Of a stretch of 64,000 nt of DNA, positions 51,146 to 61,124 are shown piece by piece. A model generated the notes under the pieces. It ran no database searches. It saw nothing but the letters and a program-made list of their open reading frames with translations, and had not been told where the DNA came from. The stretch covers positions 1 to 64,000 of the forward strand of contig JAWODC010000082.1 in the NCBI GenBank assembly GCA_046483495.1, in the 5' to 3' direction. The position numbers and the translations under genes were made by a program. Source of the stretch: Desulfobacterales bacterium. GTDB taxonomy: Bacteria; Desulfobacterota; Desulfobacteria; Desulfobacterales; UBA5616. Every line of letters begins with the position of its first letter. Position 1 is the stretch's first letter.

Positions 51146-51606
51146 TCAAAATTCCGAGCCCGAAACATCGTGTGTAATAATATGACATGACGATTGCCGG
51201 TATACGGACTTGCGCCCTTTGGCCGAAGACCGCAATACATCGACGTTGATGTCGACGTAATCGTAGATGACCGCCGATGCCTTGCCCGGAGCCGGCCGCA
51301 GCACTCTTCCCATGTACTGCAGTATTCGTCCGCTGAACTTCACGGGTGTCGCCAGAAACAGGCCGGTCAGCCGTTCATTGTCGAATCCTTCACCGACAAT
51401 TGACGCATGTACCCCCTTGGAATCCATAAGGCGGCACCCCGCTTTCTATAGCATTTCACGATTCTCGGAACACCCCTGTTCCATCGCCCCATCCGTTTGT
51501 TTTCCAGCCATTTGGGATTTTCGAGCTGCAGCTTTTGGACAAGTTTGTCGGCGACCGCCGGCGGCACATCCGTCAGCTTTACATGTTGTTTTAAAATAAT
51601 TTCCAT
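51146..51606 (-). pseudogene. SF2 (ResIII/DEAD-like) helicase pseudogene with large internal deletion and frameshift
   Basis: N-terminal ...LENPKW.ENKRMGRWN...IPRGYMRQL joined at about 51400, in a different frame, to C-terminal motifs V/VI GEGFD...LFLATP...QYMGRVLRP...IYDYVD; motifs I-IV absent. Confidence 0.75.
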
Positions 51607-51953
51607 ATTATCGGAGCTTTCGCCGAACATAATTACTTAAACCATGAATTTAATATATTATCTACATAGTTTCGTTATAATTGACAATTTTTTATTCGGA
51701 TTTTCAGTTCAGCGATTTCTTTTTCGTCACGGTCGTCCAAAAAGCCCCGGACCATCGCCTAAACCTCGAATTGTTCCCGCCGGTAATCGTCCATCGTTCT
51801 TCCCGACGCGTAAGCGCTCACGATTTCAATTCATAAAAAGATCAAACTCTGGTATAGGATTTTCATAATTAAAAAATCGTGTTTATATAACGGTATAACC
51901 AGGGTAATTGCAAGGACATCGTCTTGGGTGCCGCACTGTGAGATGTATACGGG

Positions 51954-54900
51954 ATGAGAAAAAATGACCCCATTGCCGTTGTCGGCATTTCCGGCATATT
52001 TCCCGGAGCTTCCGACCTCGATCAATTCTGGAGTAATCTGATTCACAAACGAAGTGCCGTTGACCGGGTAAAACCGCACCGCTGGGCCGCACCTCCGGAA
52101 TGGATGGTTTCGCGCAGCGGAATACAGGATAAGGCCTATACCGCCCGATCATGTCACATTCCGGAATTTTTGGTGGATGCCGACGGACTCGATATCGATC
52201 CGGCTCTCCTTCGTGAACTGGACCCTCTTTACCATTTCGTGCTTCATACCGGAAAAGCGGCCCTGAACCAGTGCAGACATGCTTTGGTTGACCGGGAAAA
52301 AGCCGGTGTCTGCCTGGCTGCCATCGTTCTCCCCACGGATTCAGCGACGCGCATTACACGTTGGATTTTTGGCAGGGATTTTTCGGAAAGACTCTTCACG
52401 ACCGCCGGCAGCCATCCGGCGCCGGACCGGCATGCGATGCTGTCCGCCAGGGTCGCCGCATTTCCGGCTGCGCTCCTGGCAAATGCCCTCAATCTGGGCG
52501 GCGGCGCCTTTACCCTGGATGCAGCATGCGCCTCGTCCTTGTATGCCGTAAAGCTCGCCTGCGACGAACTCCGGGACGGCCGTGCCGATCTTATGCTGGC
52601 CGGCGGTGTTTCGAGGCCGGATGCCCTCTTTACGCAAGTCGGTTTTTCGCAACTAAAAGCCCTCTCCCCTTCCGGACGCTGCGCCCCGTTCGATGAACGT
52701 GCGGACGGCCTCGTGGTCGGTGAAGGCGCCGGCATGCTCGTCCTGAAGCGCCTTTCGGATTCCGTCAGGGACAAGGATACTATTTATGGTATAATCCGCA
52801 GCATCGGTTTGTCAAACGACATGCGCGGCAATCTGTTGGCGCCTGACACCGAGGGCCAGGTGCGTGCCATGACCCGGGCGTACGATGCCGCCGGGTGGCG
52901 CCCGGATGATGTAGACCTTATCGAATGCCACGGCGCCGGAACAACCGTTGGAGACAGGATCGAGCTGAATTCGATGATGGCGCTGTGGGAGGGGTTCGCC
53001 TGGTCTCCCGGCCAATGTCCGATAGGCTCGGTGAAATCGGCAATCGGCCATCTCCTGACGGGTGCAGGCGTGGCCGGCATTATTAAAACGCTTATGGGAT
53101 TAGCTCATCACACGCTGCCGCCCTCCTTAAACTTTACCCGACCCCCAAACAACAGCCCCCTGCCCCAGAGCCCCTTCAGAGTGCAGACGGAACCCGAACC
53201 CTGGCCGGTCAAAAAGGATGGGACACCACGGCGCGCTGCGGTCAGTGCATTCGGTTTCGGCGGCACCAACGGCCATATTTTGCTGGAAGAATATGTGCCG
53301 TCCCGCAAGCCGGATTTACCCGTTGAAGTGCGATCCGAAAATACGGCCGGCAGGGATTGTTTCGAGGTTCGTGAAAAGCATGAACCGATCGCCATCATCG
53401 GCATGGAGGCACTGTTCGGCGGGCTTGGTTCCCTCGAATCATTTCAGGAAGCCGTGTTCAAAGGAGAATCCGCGATCCGGCATCGTCCTGAATCCCGATG
53501 GAGGGGCTGTGACGATCTTATGGAGCGCATGTTCGGACTTGGCGGAATTCGGGGCAACTTCACAGAGACCTTCGACCTGCCGTTCGGCCGATTTCATATA
53601 CCACCCCGGGAAATTCCTGAAATTTTGCCGCAGCAGCTTTTGATGCTCACAACAGCCGCCGGGGCCATGAGGGATGCAGGCCTGGCCGTCACGGGCAAAC
53701 GCCCGAAAATGAGCGCCTTGATCGGCATCGGCTTCGATTTCGAGACAACCGGCTTTCATCTGAGGTGGGGCTTGCATAACCAGATTGAACGGTGGAATCG
53801 CGAATACGCCCTGAACCTGTCCGAACAACAGCGTAATGCCTGGGAGCAAATGCTGATGGAAGAAATGGGGCCGCCGTTGACCGCCGCCGCGACCATCGGA
53901 AATCTGGGCAGTATCGTAGCCAGCCGTATCGCTCGGGAATTTCAATTCGGCGGTCCGAGTTACTCCGTTTCAAATGATGACGTCTCGGGATTGAAGGCTC
54001 TTGAAATCGGCGTTCGCTCCCTTCAGCAGGGAGAGTCCGACGCCGTACTGGTGGGCGCCGTAGACCTGTTCGGCGACCCTCGAAACCTTGCCTGCCGGCG
54101 CGGCGCCAGGCCGTTTGCAATGTCCGATCGCCTGCTTCCGTTCGATGAAAGGGCGGACGGCGCGCTTCCCGGCGAAGGGGCCGCGGCGCTCATAATCAAG
54201 CGTTTTTCCGATGCGATTGAAGACGGCGACCGGATATACGCCGTGATCAGGGGAGTCGGCAAAGCTTCCAACGCCTGTGGCGACACGGGGTGCATCGAAT
54301 CCGGTGTGTATGCCCGGTCCATGGCCCAGGCACTGGTGGAAGCCGATGTTTCCCCGAATGCCGTAGGGCTTATCGAAGCCCACGGCAGCGGTGATCCGAT
54401 GGAAGACCGTGTCGAAATCCGCGCTTTTCACGATTTTTTCGGCCGCCGGAAAAGTGCCGCCCATGCATGCGCTATTGGAACGGTCAAGCCGGTCATCGGC
54501 CACACCGGAGCCGCCGCCGGACTGGCATCCGTTGTAAAGGCCGCGCTGTGTGCGCACCGTCATGTCATTGCACCCGTACCGGGATTTCAGCGGGCCGGTG
54601 AACCGATAGATCACCGGCGGTTCCACATACCGGCTCTTCCCCAATACTGGCATACGGACGGTTCGAATCAGCTCCGAAATGCGTTGATCTGCGCGATGAC
54701 AACGGACGGCAACTGCATGCACGTGGTCCTTTCGGAGCCCGAAAGGGATACACGAAACCACCGCCCCGAGGTATCTTCCAACATATGGCGTGAACGCAAA
54801 AGACCTGTCGGCGCCATGCCCCACGGGCTGTTTTGGGTCACAGCCGAAAACAAACAGGGACTGATCGAACGCCTGGACACGCTTTCGGCGTTTTTTTCGG

Positions 54901-57900
54901 AACCCGGCAACTGCAACCTTCCTTTAGAAGACGCCGCCTGCAGATGGCACCGGTCTTTTCCGGCCGGGGCCTCGGACGGGGTTTCCGTCGTCATCGTCAC
55001 TGCCGAACGAAGCCGCCTCGAGGAATGGATATCCCGTGCGAAGGAAGCCGTATTCGAAAACCGTCACGTGAGCATTACCGGCCCGGAAGGCGTGTGCTAT
55101 TCGCCGAACGCGCTGGGCCCGCAAAGCCGAATCGCTTTTGTATATCCCGGTTCGGGTAATCATTACATTGGTATGGGCCGCGATATCAGCCTCCTCTGGC
55201 CGGAAGTGATCGGAAAAATGGAGCGTGAAACCGCATCGCTGAAAGCCCAGGTGCTACCACACCTCTTCGTCCCGTGGCGGGTGAACTGGGACGACGGGTG
55301 GGAACAAGAAACCCACGCAGCTATAGCCGCCAATCCCCTGAATATGATCATCGGCCAGGTTGCTTATGGATGCATGATGACGGAACTCATCCAGAGGTTC
55401 ACTATTCGGCCGGATGCGGTGATCGGGTACAGCCTGGGCGAATCCACCGGATATTTCGCCCTTCATGTGTGGCAGGATCGTGCACTGATGCTCGACCGGA
55501 TGCATGCATCCGATTTGTTTACCGACCGGCTTGCCGGTCCATGCACGGCCGTAAGGCGCATGTGGGGCCTTTCTCCGGAGCAGGAATTAAACTGGTGTAC
55601 CGCCGTTGTAAACCGTTCCGTTGAAGACGTGCAATCCGCCCTGAAGCATCATCCGCTGGTGAGATGCCTGATCGTAAACACCCGCCGTCAATGCGTGATC
55701 GGCGGGCACAGGCCCGATGTTTCCACCGTAGTCGACGCGCTTGCCTGCGAAGCCGTTTTCCTGGACGGTGTGTTGGCGGTTCACAGTGATGCGGCGCAGC
55801 CTGCCGCCAAGGACTACAAAGCCCTTCATGAATTCCCGGTCAATCCGCCGAAAAACGTGACGTTTTACAGTTGTGCCGACGGAAAGGTTCGAACCCTTAC
55901 CAGCCGTAGCGCCGCCGAATCCATCCTGAAACAGGCGCTACACGGTTTCGATTTCACCCAAACGATCGAACAGGCCTATGCAGACGGTATTCGCATTTTT
56001 ATTGAAATGGGACCCCATGCGTCCTGTACGGGCATGATTCGAACCATCTTGCAGGGGCGCCCCCATGCGGCGGCATCGCTCAGTTTTCGGGGAGAGAGTG
56101 AATACCTGTCCGTTTTAAAATGTCTGGCTGCCGTGCTGTCGGAAGGCGTCCCCGCCGACCTGTCCGCCCTGTTCAGCCTGGCCGACGAATCGCCGGTCCC
56201 GGACGATGCGGTTTCTGCGCCCTCGAAAAAACATGTCGTTTCAGTGGCGGTCGGCGGACCGCCCCCTTGCCCGGTGCCGCCGGGCCCGATGGGAACGGGT
56301 CGTGACACGAACGTTTTGCGAAAAGCGGCATCAACGGAGAATGCCGGGAGCCTGCCGGACGCAGCCGAAACACGCCTTCAAACCGGCAACCGTTCATCCG
56401 GAGTGATATATCGCGATCTTATCGCCGCTGTACCCGGCATCAATGAAGCGGCATCGCGAGCCCACGAAACGTTTCTTTCCCTGTCCATGGAGATTCAAAA
56501 AAATCAAGCCCAGGCCTTTAAACTCCAGAACCGTCTGTTGGAAATGATGCTGCGCGATCCCGCTGAACCGAATACCGCGGTCTTTACCAAGGACATGCCG
56601 GCCGATGATGCAATCCGTCGCTGGCCGCAGGATATTTATCGTCACGGAAAAGCCCCTTATCCGGAAGCATCCGATTCCATCGCGTTTTCACGGCAGATGT
56701 GCATGGAATTCGCCGTCGGATCGGCAGCCAAGGTCCTCGGTCCGGAATTCGCCGTCATCGACACGTACGAAAAGCGGGTCCGTCTTCCGGATGAACCCCT
56801 GATGCTGGTGGATCGGATTTTGTCGATCACCGGCGAGAAATGCTCCCTTACGGGCGGAAAAATCGTTACCGAACATGATGTCGCCCCTCAGGCCTGGTAC
56901 CTGGACGGCGGCAAGGCACCGACCTGCATCGCCGTGGAGGCGGGGCAGGCGGACCTGTTCTTATGCGCCTATTTGGGAATCGATCACCGGGTCAAAGGAC
57001 AGCGGGTTTACCGCCTGCTCGATGCCACTGTGGAATTTCACCGCGGCCTTCCGGAACCGGGGGACATTATCCAATACCACATATTCATCGATCGATTTGT
57101 CCGCCAGGGAGAAACCTACCTGTTCTTCTTCAATTTTGAAGGATACATTCGCGGCGAACCGCTCATCACCATGACAAACGGCTGCGCGGGCTTTTTTACC
57201 GAGGCGGAGGTGAACCATTCAGGCGGCATTCTCAGGGCACCCGATGAGCAGCTTTCGTCCTCCGGGGCCGGGAATGCACCGCTGTTCGTACCGGTCCGGT
57301 TCGAGGCCGGAACCTACCCGGACCATGCGGTCGACAGCCTGAGAAGAGGCGACGCAGCGGCCTGCTTCGGAGCGGGTTTCGAGGGCGTTGTCATTCCGGA
57401 AAATCTCAGACTTCCGGGAGGTCTCATGAAGCTCGTAGACAGGGTTCTTCATATCGACCCTGAAGGCGGCCTTTACGGCCTGGGCGTTATTCGCGCGGAG
57501 GCGGATATCCATCCGGGCGACTGGTTTCTCACGTGCCACTTCAAAGATGACATGGTGATGCCGGGAACCCTCATGTACGAGTGCTGCGTCCATACCCTTC
57601 GGATATTTTTCCAGCAGATCGGATGGATATCGGACGTCCCCGGCGCCGCATACGAACCGAAAACCGGCATTCAGGCGATCATGAAATGCCGCGGTCCCGT
57701 GACCCCCCGAACCCGGCACGTTCACTACGAGATCGACATAAAGGAAATGGGATACGATCCGGAGCCTTACGCGATTGCGGACGCCCACATGTTTGCTGAC
57801 GGCCGCTGCATCGTCCGGTTCAGCAACATGTCCCTGAAGCTCTCCCGCACCACTGAAAACGATGTGCGGATATTCTGGGAAAACCATGCGCATGCGAAGA

Positions 57901-59087
57901 AGACCGCCGTGGACGCCGAACAAACCGCTCACAAAGCGCTTTACGACCGAAAGCACCTGCTTGAGTTCGCACTGGGCAGTCCCGCAAAAGCGTTCGGTCC
58001 CGCATACCGGCCGTTTGAAAAAGACCGCTTCATCGCCCGCCTCCCCAATCCGCCGTACCTGTTTATGGACCGCATCGTCCGCTGCGAGCCCCGGCCGTGG
58101 GTCTTGAAACCGGGCGGATGGATCGAAGCCGAATTCGATGTGCGGCCGGACCACTGGTATTTTTTTGCGAACAGGTCCGATACGATGCCGTTTGCCGTGC
58201 TTTTGGAGATTGCGCTTCAGCCCTGCGGATGGCTTGCCGCTTTTATGGGATCCGCCCTTGCCGGTGAAAAAGACCTGAGATTTCGAAATCTGGACGGCAA
58301 GGCCGTTCAGTATGCAGAGGTCATGCAGGAACGAACGACCCTGACCACCCGGGCCCGGTGCAAACAGGTTTCAACGGCAGGCGACATGATCATCGAATCT
58401 TTCGAGTTCGCCGTCAAAAACGGTGATTCCGTGATCTACTCGGGAGAAACGAGTTTCGGATTCTTTACAGAGCATGCCCTCGAGCAGCAGAAAGGCATCC
58501 GGGATGCAAAAGGACGCCTTAACCCGAGGTCCAACGAACGTAAGGGAATACACATCCACCGGAAGATTGCGAAAACAGCGCCGTTTTTTCCAAACGATCC
58601 GGACGGCAAACGGCCGACCCATCCACCGCAAACGCCCGCCCTTCCCGGCAAAGCCCTTTTGATGATCGATGACGTTCAGACGCTGCTGCCTGACGGCGGC
58701 TCTTCGGGACTGGGATTCATCCACGGCGCCAAGGCGGTCGATCCGGATGAATGGGTGTTTGCCGCCCATTTTCTTCATGACCCGGTGTACCCCGGCTCTC
58801 TTGGGATCGAAGCGTTTGTTCAATTGTTGAAATTTTTCGCCCTGGACCGATGGAATGGGTTGACGGATTTTTCCCGATTTGAAATGATCACCGGCCATGA
58901 ACATCGATGGTCCTATCGGGGCCAGATTACCCCCCAAAACAAAAAAGTGGTGGTGGAAGCGTCCGTGACTGAACGCCGTGAAGATCCTGTGCCGTCATTG
59001 ACAGCAAGCGGATTTTTGCACGTGGACGGAACCGTGATTTACGAACTCGACAATTTCGGCATACGGGCTGCAAGAAATCGATCGTAA
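51954..59087 (+). CDS. pfaC: PfaBC-like PUFA synthase subunit (KS-CLF-AT-FabA-type DH domains)
   Basis: KS DAACASS/ECHGAGT/GHLLTGAG; second KS lacking Cys (SNDDVSG), i.e. CLF; AT YPGSG and GYSLGE; DH motifs RLPDEPLM, CHFKDDMVMPG, RLPNPPYL, AHFLHDPVYPG. Confidence 0.9.
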   Translation: MRKNDPIAVVGISGIFPGASDLDQFWSNLIHKRSAVDRVKPHRWAAPPEWMVSRSGIQDKAYTARSCHIPEFLVDADGLDIDPALLRELDPLYHFVLHTGKAALNQCRHALVDREKAGVCLAAIVLPTDSATRITRWIFGRDFSERLFTTAGSHPAPDRHAMLSARVAAFPAALLANALNLGGGAFTLDAACASSLYAVKLACDELRDGRADLMLAGGVSRPDALFTQVGFSQLKALSPSGRCAPFDERADGLVVGEGAGMLVLKRLSDSVRDKDTIYGIIRSIGLSNDMRGNLLAPDTEGQVRAMTRAYDAAGWRPDDVDLIECHGAGTTVGDRIELNSMMALWEGFAWSPGQCPIGSVKSAIGHLLTGAGVAGIIKTLMGLAHHTLPPSLNFTRPPNNSPLPQSPFRVQTEPEPWPVKKDGTPRRAAVSAFGFGGTNGHILLEEYVPSRKPDLPVEVRSENTAGRDCFEVREKHEPIAIIGMEALFGGLGSLESFQEAVFKGESAIRHRPESRWRGCDDLMERMFGLGGIRGNFTETFDLPFGRFHIPPREIPEILPQQLLMLTTAAGAMRDAGLAVTGKRPKMSALIGIGFDFETTGFHLRWGLHNQIERWNREYALNLSEQQRNAWEQMLMEEMGPPLTAAATIGNLGSIVASRIAREFQFGGPSYSVSNDDVSGLKALEIGVRSLQQGESDAVLVGAVDLFGDPRNLACRRGARPFAMSDRLLPFDERADGALPGEGAAALIIKRFSDAIEDGDRIYAVIRGVGKASNACGDTGCIESGVYARSMAQALVEADVSPNAVGLIEAHGSGDPMEDRVEIRAFHDFFGRRKSAAHACAIGTVKPVIGHTGAAAGLASVVKAALCAHRHVIAPVPGFQRAGEPIDHRRFHIPALPQYWHTDGSNQLRNALICAMTTDGNCMHVVLSEPERDTRNHRPEVSSNIWRERKRPVGAMPHGLFWVTAENKQGLIERLDTLSAFFSEPGNCNLPLEDAACRWHRSFPAGASDGVSVVIVTAERSRLEEWISRAKEAVFENRHVSITGPEGVCYSPNALGPQSRIAFVYPGSGNHYIGMGRDISLLWPEVIGKMERETASLKAQVLPHLFVPWRVNWDDGWEQETHAAIAANPLNMIIGQVAYGCMMTELIQRFTIRPDAVIGYSLGESTGYFALHVWQDRALMLDRMHASDLFTDRLAGPCTAVRRMWGLSPEQELNWCTAVVNRSVEDVQSALKHHPLVRCLIVNTRRQCVIGGHRPDVSTVVDALACEAVFLDGVLAVHSDAAQPAAKDYKALHEFPVNPPKNVTFYSCADGKVRTLTSRSAAESILKQALHGFDFTQTIEQAYADGIRIFIEMGPHASCTGMIRTILQGRPHAAASLSFRGESEYLSVLKCLAAVLSEGVPADLSALFSLADESPVPDDAVSAPSKKHVVSVAVGGPPPCPVPPGPMGTGRDTNVLRKAASTENAGSLPDAAETRLQTGNRSSGVIYRDLIAAVPGINEAASRAHETFLSLSMEIQKNQAQAFKLQNRLLEMMLRDPAEPNTAVFTKDMPADDAIRRWPQDIYRHGKAPYPEASDSIAFSRQMCMEFAVGSAAKVLGPEFAVIDTYEKRVRLPDEPLMLVDRILSITGEKCSLTGGKIVTEHDVAPQAWYLDGGKAPTCIAVEAGQADLFLCAYLGIDHRVKGQRVYRLLDATVEFHRGLPEPGDIIQYHIFIDRFVRQGETYLFFFNFEGYIRGEPLITMTNGCAGFFTEAEVNHSGGILRAPDEQLSSSGAGNAPLFVPVRFEAGTYPDHAVDSLRRGDAAACFGAGFEGVVIPENLRLPGGLMKLVDRVLHIDPEGGLYGLGVIRAEADIHPGDWFLTCHFKDDMVMPGTLMYECCVHTLRIFFQQIGWISDVPGAAYEPKTGIQAIMKCRGPVTPRTRHVHYEIDIKEMGYDPEPYAIADAHMFADGRCIVRFSNMSLKLSRTTENDVRIFWENHAHAKKTAVDAEQTAHKALYDRKHLLEFALGSPAKAFGPAYRPFEKDRFIARLPNPPYLFMDRIVRCEPRPWVLKPGGWIEAEFDVRPDHWYFFANRSDTMPFAVLLEIALQPCGWLAAFMGSALAGEKDLRFRNLDGKAVQYAEVMQERTTLTTRARCKQVSTAGDMIIESFEFAVKNGDSVIYSGETSFGFFTEHALEQQKGIRDAKGRLNPRSNERKGIHIHRKIAKTAPFFPNDPDGKRPTHPPQTPALPGKALLMIDDVQTLLPDGGSSGLGFIHGAKAVDPDEWVFAAHFLHDPVYPGSLGIEAFVQLLKFFALDRWNGLTDFSRFEMITGHEHRWSYRGQITPQNKKVVVEASVTERREDPVPSLTASGFLHVDGTVIYELDNFGIRAARNRS

Positions 59088-59144
59088 TGCGGCCGCATCG
59101 CCTTTTCGCCGTTGAATACGCCGAAACCGCCTGCAGACAGAACC

Positions 59145-60194
59145 ATGACATCGTTTCACTACAAAAATGTGTTCATTGACGCCTTCGGGTATGAACTTGC
59201 GCCGAACGTGGTGACCTCCGAAGAATTGGAGCTGCGCCTCGAACCCGTTTACAAGGCCCTGCGGCTTCAACAAGGAACCCTCGAAGCGGTTACCGGCGTC
59301 AGCGAAAGACGCTTCTGGGATCCGGATTTCAGTGTCGGCCGGGGGGCTGTGATGGCCGGGAAAAAGGCCCTTTTGCAATCCGCGGTGCCGGTTGAAGATA
59401 TCGGCATGCTGATCTACGGCGGCGTTTGCCGGGATCATCTCGAGCCCGCTACCGCCTGCGCCGTTGCCCATGGACTGGGGCTTACTTCCGATGCACTGGT
59501 GTACGACATTTCCAATGCCTGTCTGGGTGTGTTAAACGGCATGGTGGAAATTGCCAATGCCATCGAATTGGGCGCAATCCGGGCCGGGATGGTGGTTTCC
59601 TGCGAATCGGCCCGGCAAATCATCGATGTGACCATTGACCGGCTTCTGGCCGAAAAGAACATGGATACGTTTAAAAAAACCGTCGCCACCCTCACCGGAG
59701 GCTCCGGAGCCGTCGCAGTAGTGCTGGCGGATGCATCGCTTTCCGGCAGCGGCAGGCGCCTTGCGGGCGGGGTCGCGAAAAGCGCAGCCGAGCACCATCC
59801 GCTGTGCACGTGGGGTCCGAATACCGGCATTCCCACGGCAGGTGATCAGGTCATGGAAACCGATTCGGCCGGGGTGCTCAAGCATGGCGTGGCCCTCGGC
59901 GTCGCCACCTACCATTATTTCAAGGTACAGATGGCACTGTCGGAAGACCGGCCGGATAAAATCATCTGCCACCAGGTCGGCGCAACCCATCAACGCACCA
60001 TTCTGGGGGCCATTGACATCCCCGCTGAAAAGGATTTCACCACCTTTCGGCATCTTGGAAACATCGGAACCGTTTCCCTGCCCATTACCGCGGCAATCGG
60101 CAATGAACGGGGATTTCTCCAACCCGGAGATGCGGTCGGATTTCTCGGCATCGGCAGTGGGTTGAACTGTTTGATGCTTCGGGTGGACTGGTAG
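59145..60194 (+). CDS. oleA: OleA acyl-CoA head-to-head condensing thiolase (FabH-like)
   Basis: DHLEPATA (catalytic Glu), DISNACLG (Cys), LTGGSGAVA, HQVG, GNIG, GIGSGLN. Confidence 0.9.
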   Translation: MTSFHYKNVFIDAFGYELAPNVVTSEELELRLEPVYKALRLQQGTLEAVTGVSERRFWDPDFSVGRGAVMAGKKALLQSAVPVEDIGMLIYGGVCRDHLEPATACAVAHGLGLTSDALVYDISNACLGVLNGMVEIANAIELGAIRAGMVVSCESARQIIDVTIDRLLAEKNMDTFKKTVATLTGGSGAVAVVLADASLSGSGRRLAGGVAKSAAEHHPLCTWGPNTGIPTAGDQVMETDSAGVLKHGVALGVATYHYFKVQMALSEDRPDKIICHQVGATHQRTILGAIDIPAEKDFTTFRHLGNIGTVSLPITAAIGNERGFLQPGDAVGFLGIGSGLNCLMLRVDW

Positions 60195-60197
60195 CCG

Positions 60198-61124
60198 ATG
60201 AGCACCCCGACGACCGCACGCCTGCCAAAAGAGGTTCGTGCGCTGTACCCTTTTCGATCCCGCTGGGTGACAGTTAACGGGTTTCGCTGCCACTATGTCG
60301 ACGAAGGATCGGGAGATCCCGTGTTGATGGTTCATGGAAATCCCACGTGGTCCTTTTTTTTCAGAAAATTGATCGAGGGACTTTCCCCGTGCTATCGGGC
60401 AATTGCGCCGGACCATATCGGCTGCGGGCTGTCCGAAAAGCCCCATCCACAGGCATATGATTTTCGCCTGTCCAGCCGGATTAACGACCTGCGGCAATTG
60501 ATCGCATCCCTGAACCTGGACCGAAAACTCAGCCTGATTTTGCACGATTGGGGCGGCATGATCGGCATGGCGTATGCCGTCGCATATCCCGAGAACATCG
60601 GACGGATCGTGATCATGAACACCGCCGCATTTCCGCCGCCCACCGGGAAATCCATTCCGCTGCGGCTTGAACTGGTGCGGCGCATCAGACCGTTTGCCGC
60701 ACCGGCCGTGCTTGGATTGAATATATTCGCCAGGGCCGCACTGTACATGGCTGCCGCCAAAACGCTTGCCGCACCGGTAAAAAAAGGGCTTCTCGCACCT
60801 TACGATTCATGGCACAACCGGCGGGCGATCCTGAAATTCGTTCAGGATATTCCCCTGTCGCCGAAGCATCCCAGCTATGCTGTGGTAAAGCAGACGGCGG
60901 AAAGCCTTCATTTGCTCGCTCGTATCCCTATACTGATTCTGTGGGGAAAACGGGATTTCGTATTCGATCCCGACTATCTCGAAGCGTGGCAAAAACGATT
61001 TCCATCGGCATCCGTACATGTTTTCGACGATGCCGGCCATTACCTTTTAGAGGATGCACCGGAAGAGGCCCTTAACCATATCAGGCGATTTCTAGACCAA
61101 AACCCCTTGGATGACACATTATGA
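60198..61124 (+). CDS. oleB: OleB beta-lactone decarboxylase (haloalkane dehalogenase-like alpha/beta hydrolase)
   Basis: HGNPTWSF, PDHIGCGLS, LHDWGG, NTAAF, DFVF, AGHY; position in the ole operon. Confidence 0.88.
   Translation: MSTPTTARLPKEVRALYPFRSRWVTVNGFRCHYVDEGSGDPVLMVHGNPTWSFFFRKLIEGLSPCYRAIAPDHIGCGLSEKPHPQAYDFRLSSRINDLRQLIASLNLDRKLSLILHDWGGMIGMAYAVAYPENIGRIVIMNTAAFPPPTGKSIPLRLELVRRIRPFAAPAVLGLNIFARAALYMAAAKTLAAPVKKGLLAPYDSWHNRRAILKFVQDIPLSPKHPSYAVVKQTAESLHLLARIPILILWGKRDFVFDPDYLEAWQKRFPSASVHVFDDAGHYLLEDAPEEALNHIRRFLDQNPLDDTL

Noticed and set aside
57219..60545. 311-aa and 337-aa minus-strand ORFs
   Set aside because: Antisense shadows of pfaBC and oleA/oleB
60198..61124. Haloalkane dehalogenase
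   Set aside because: Motifs are shared with OleB, and the position between oleA and oleC indicates a beta-lactone decarboxylase
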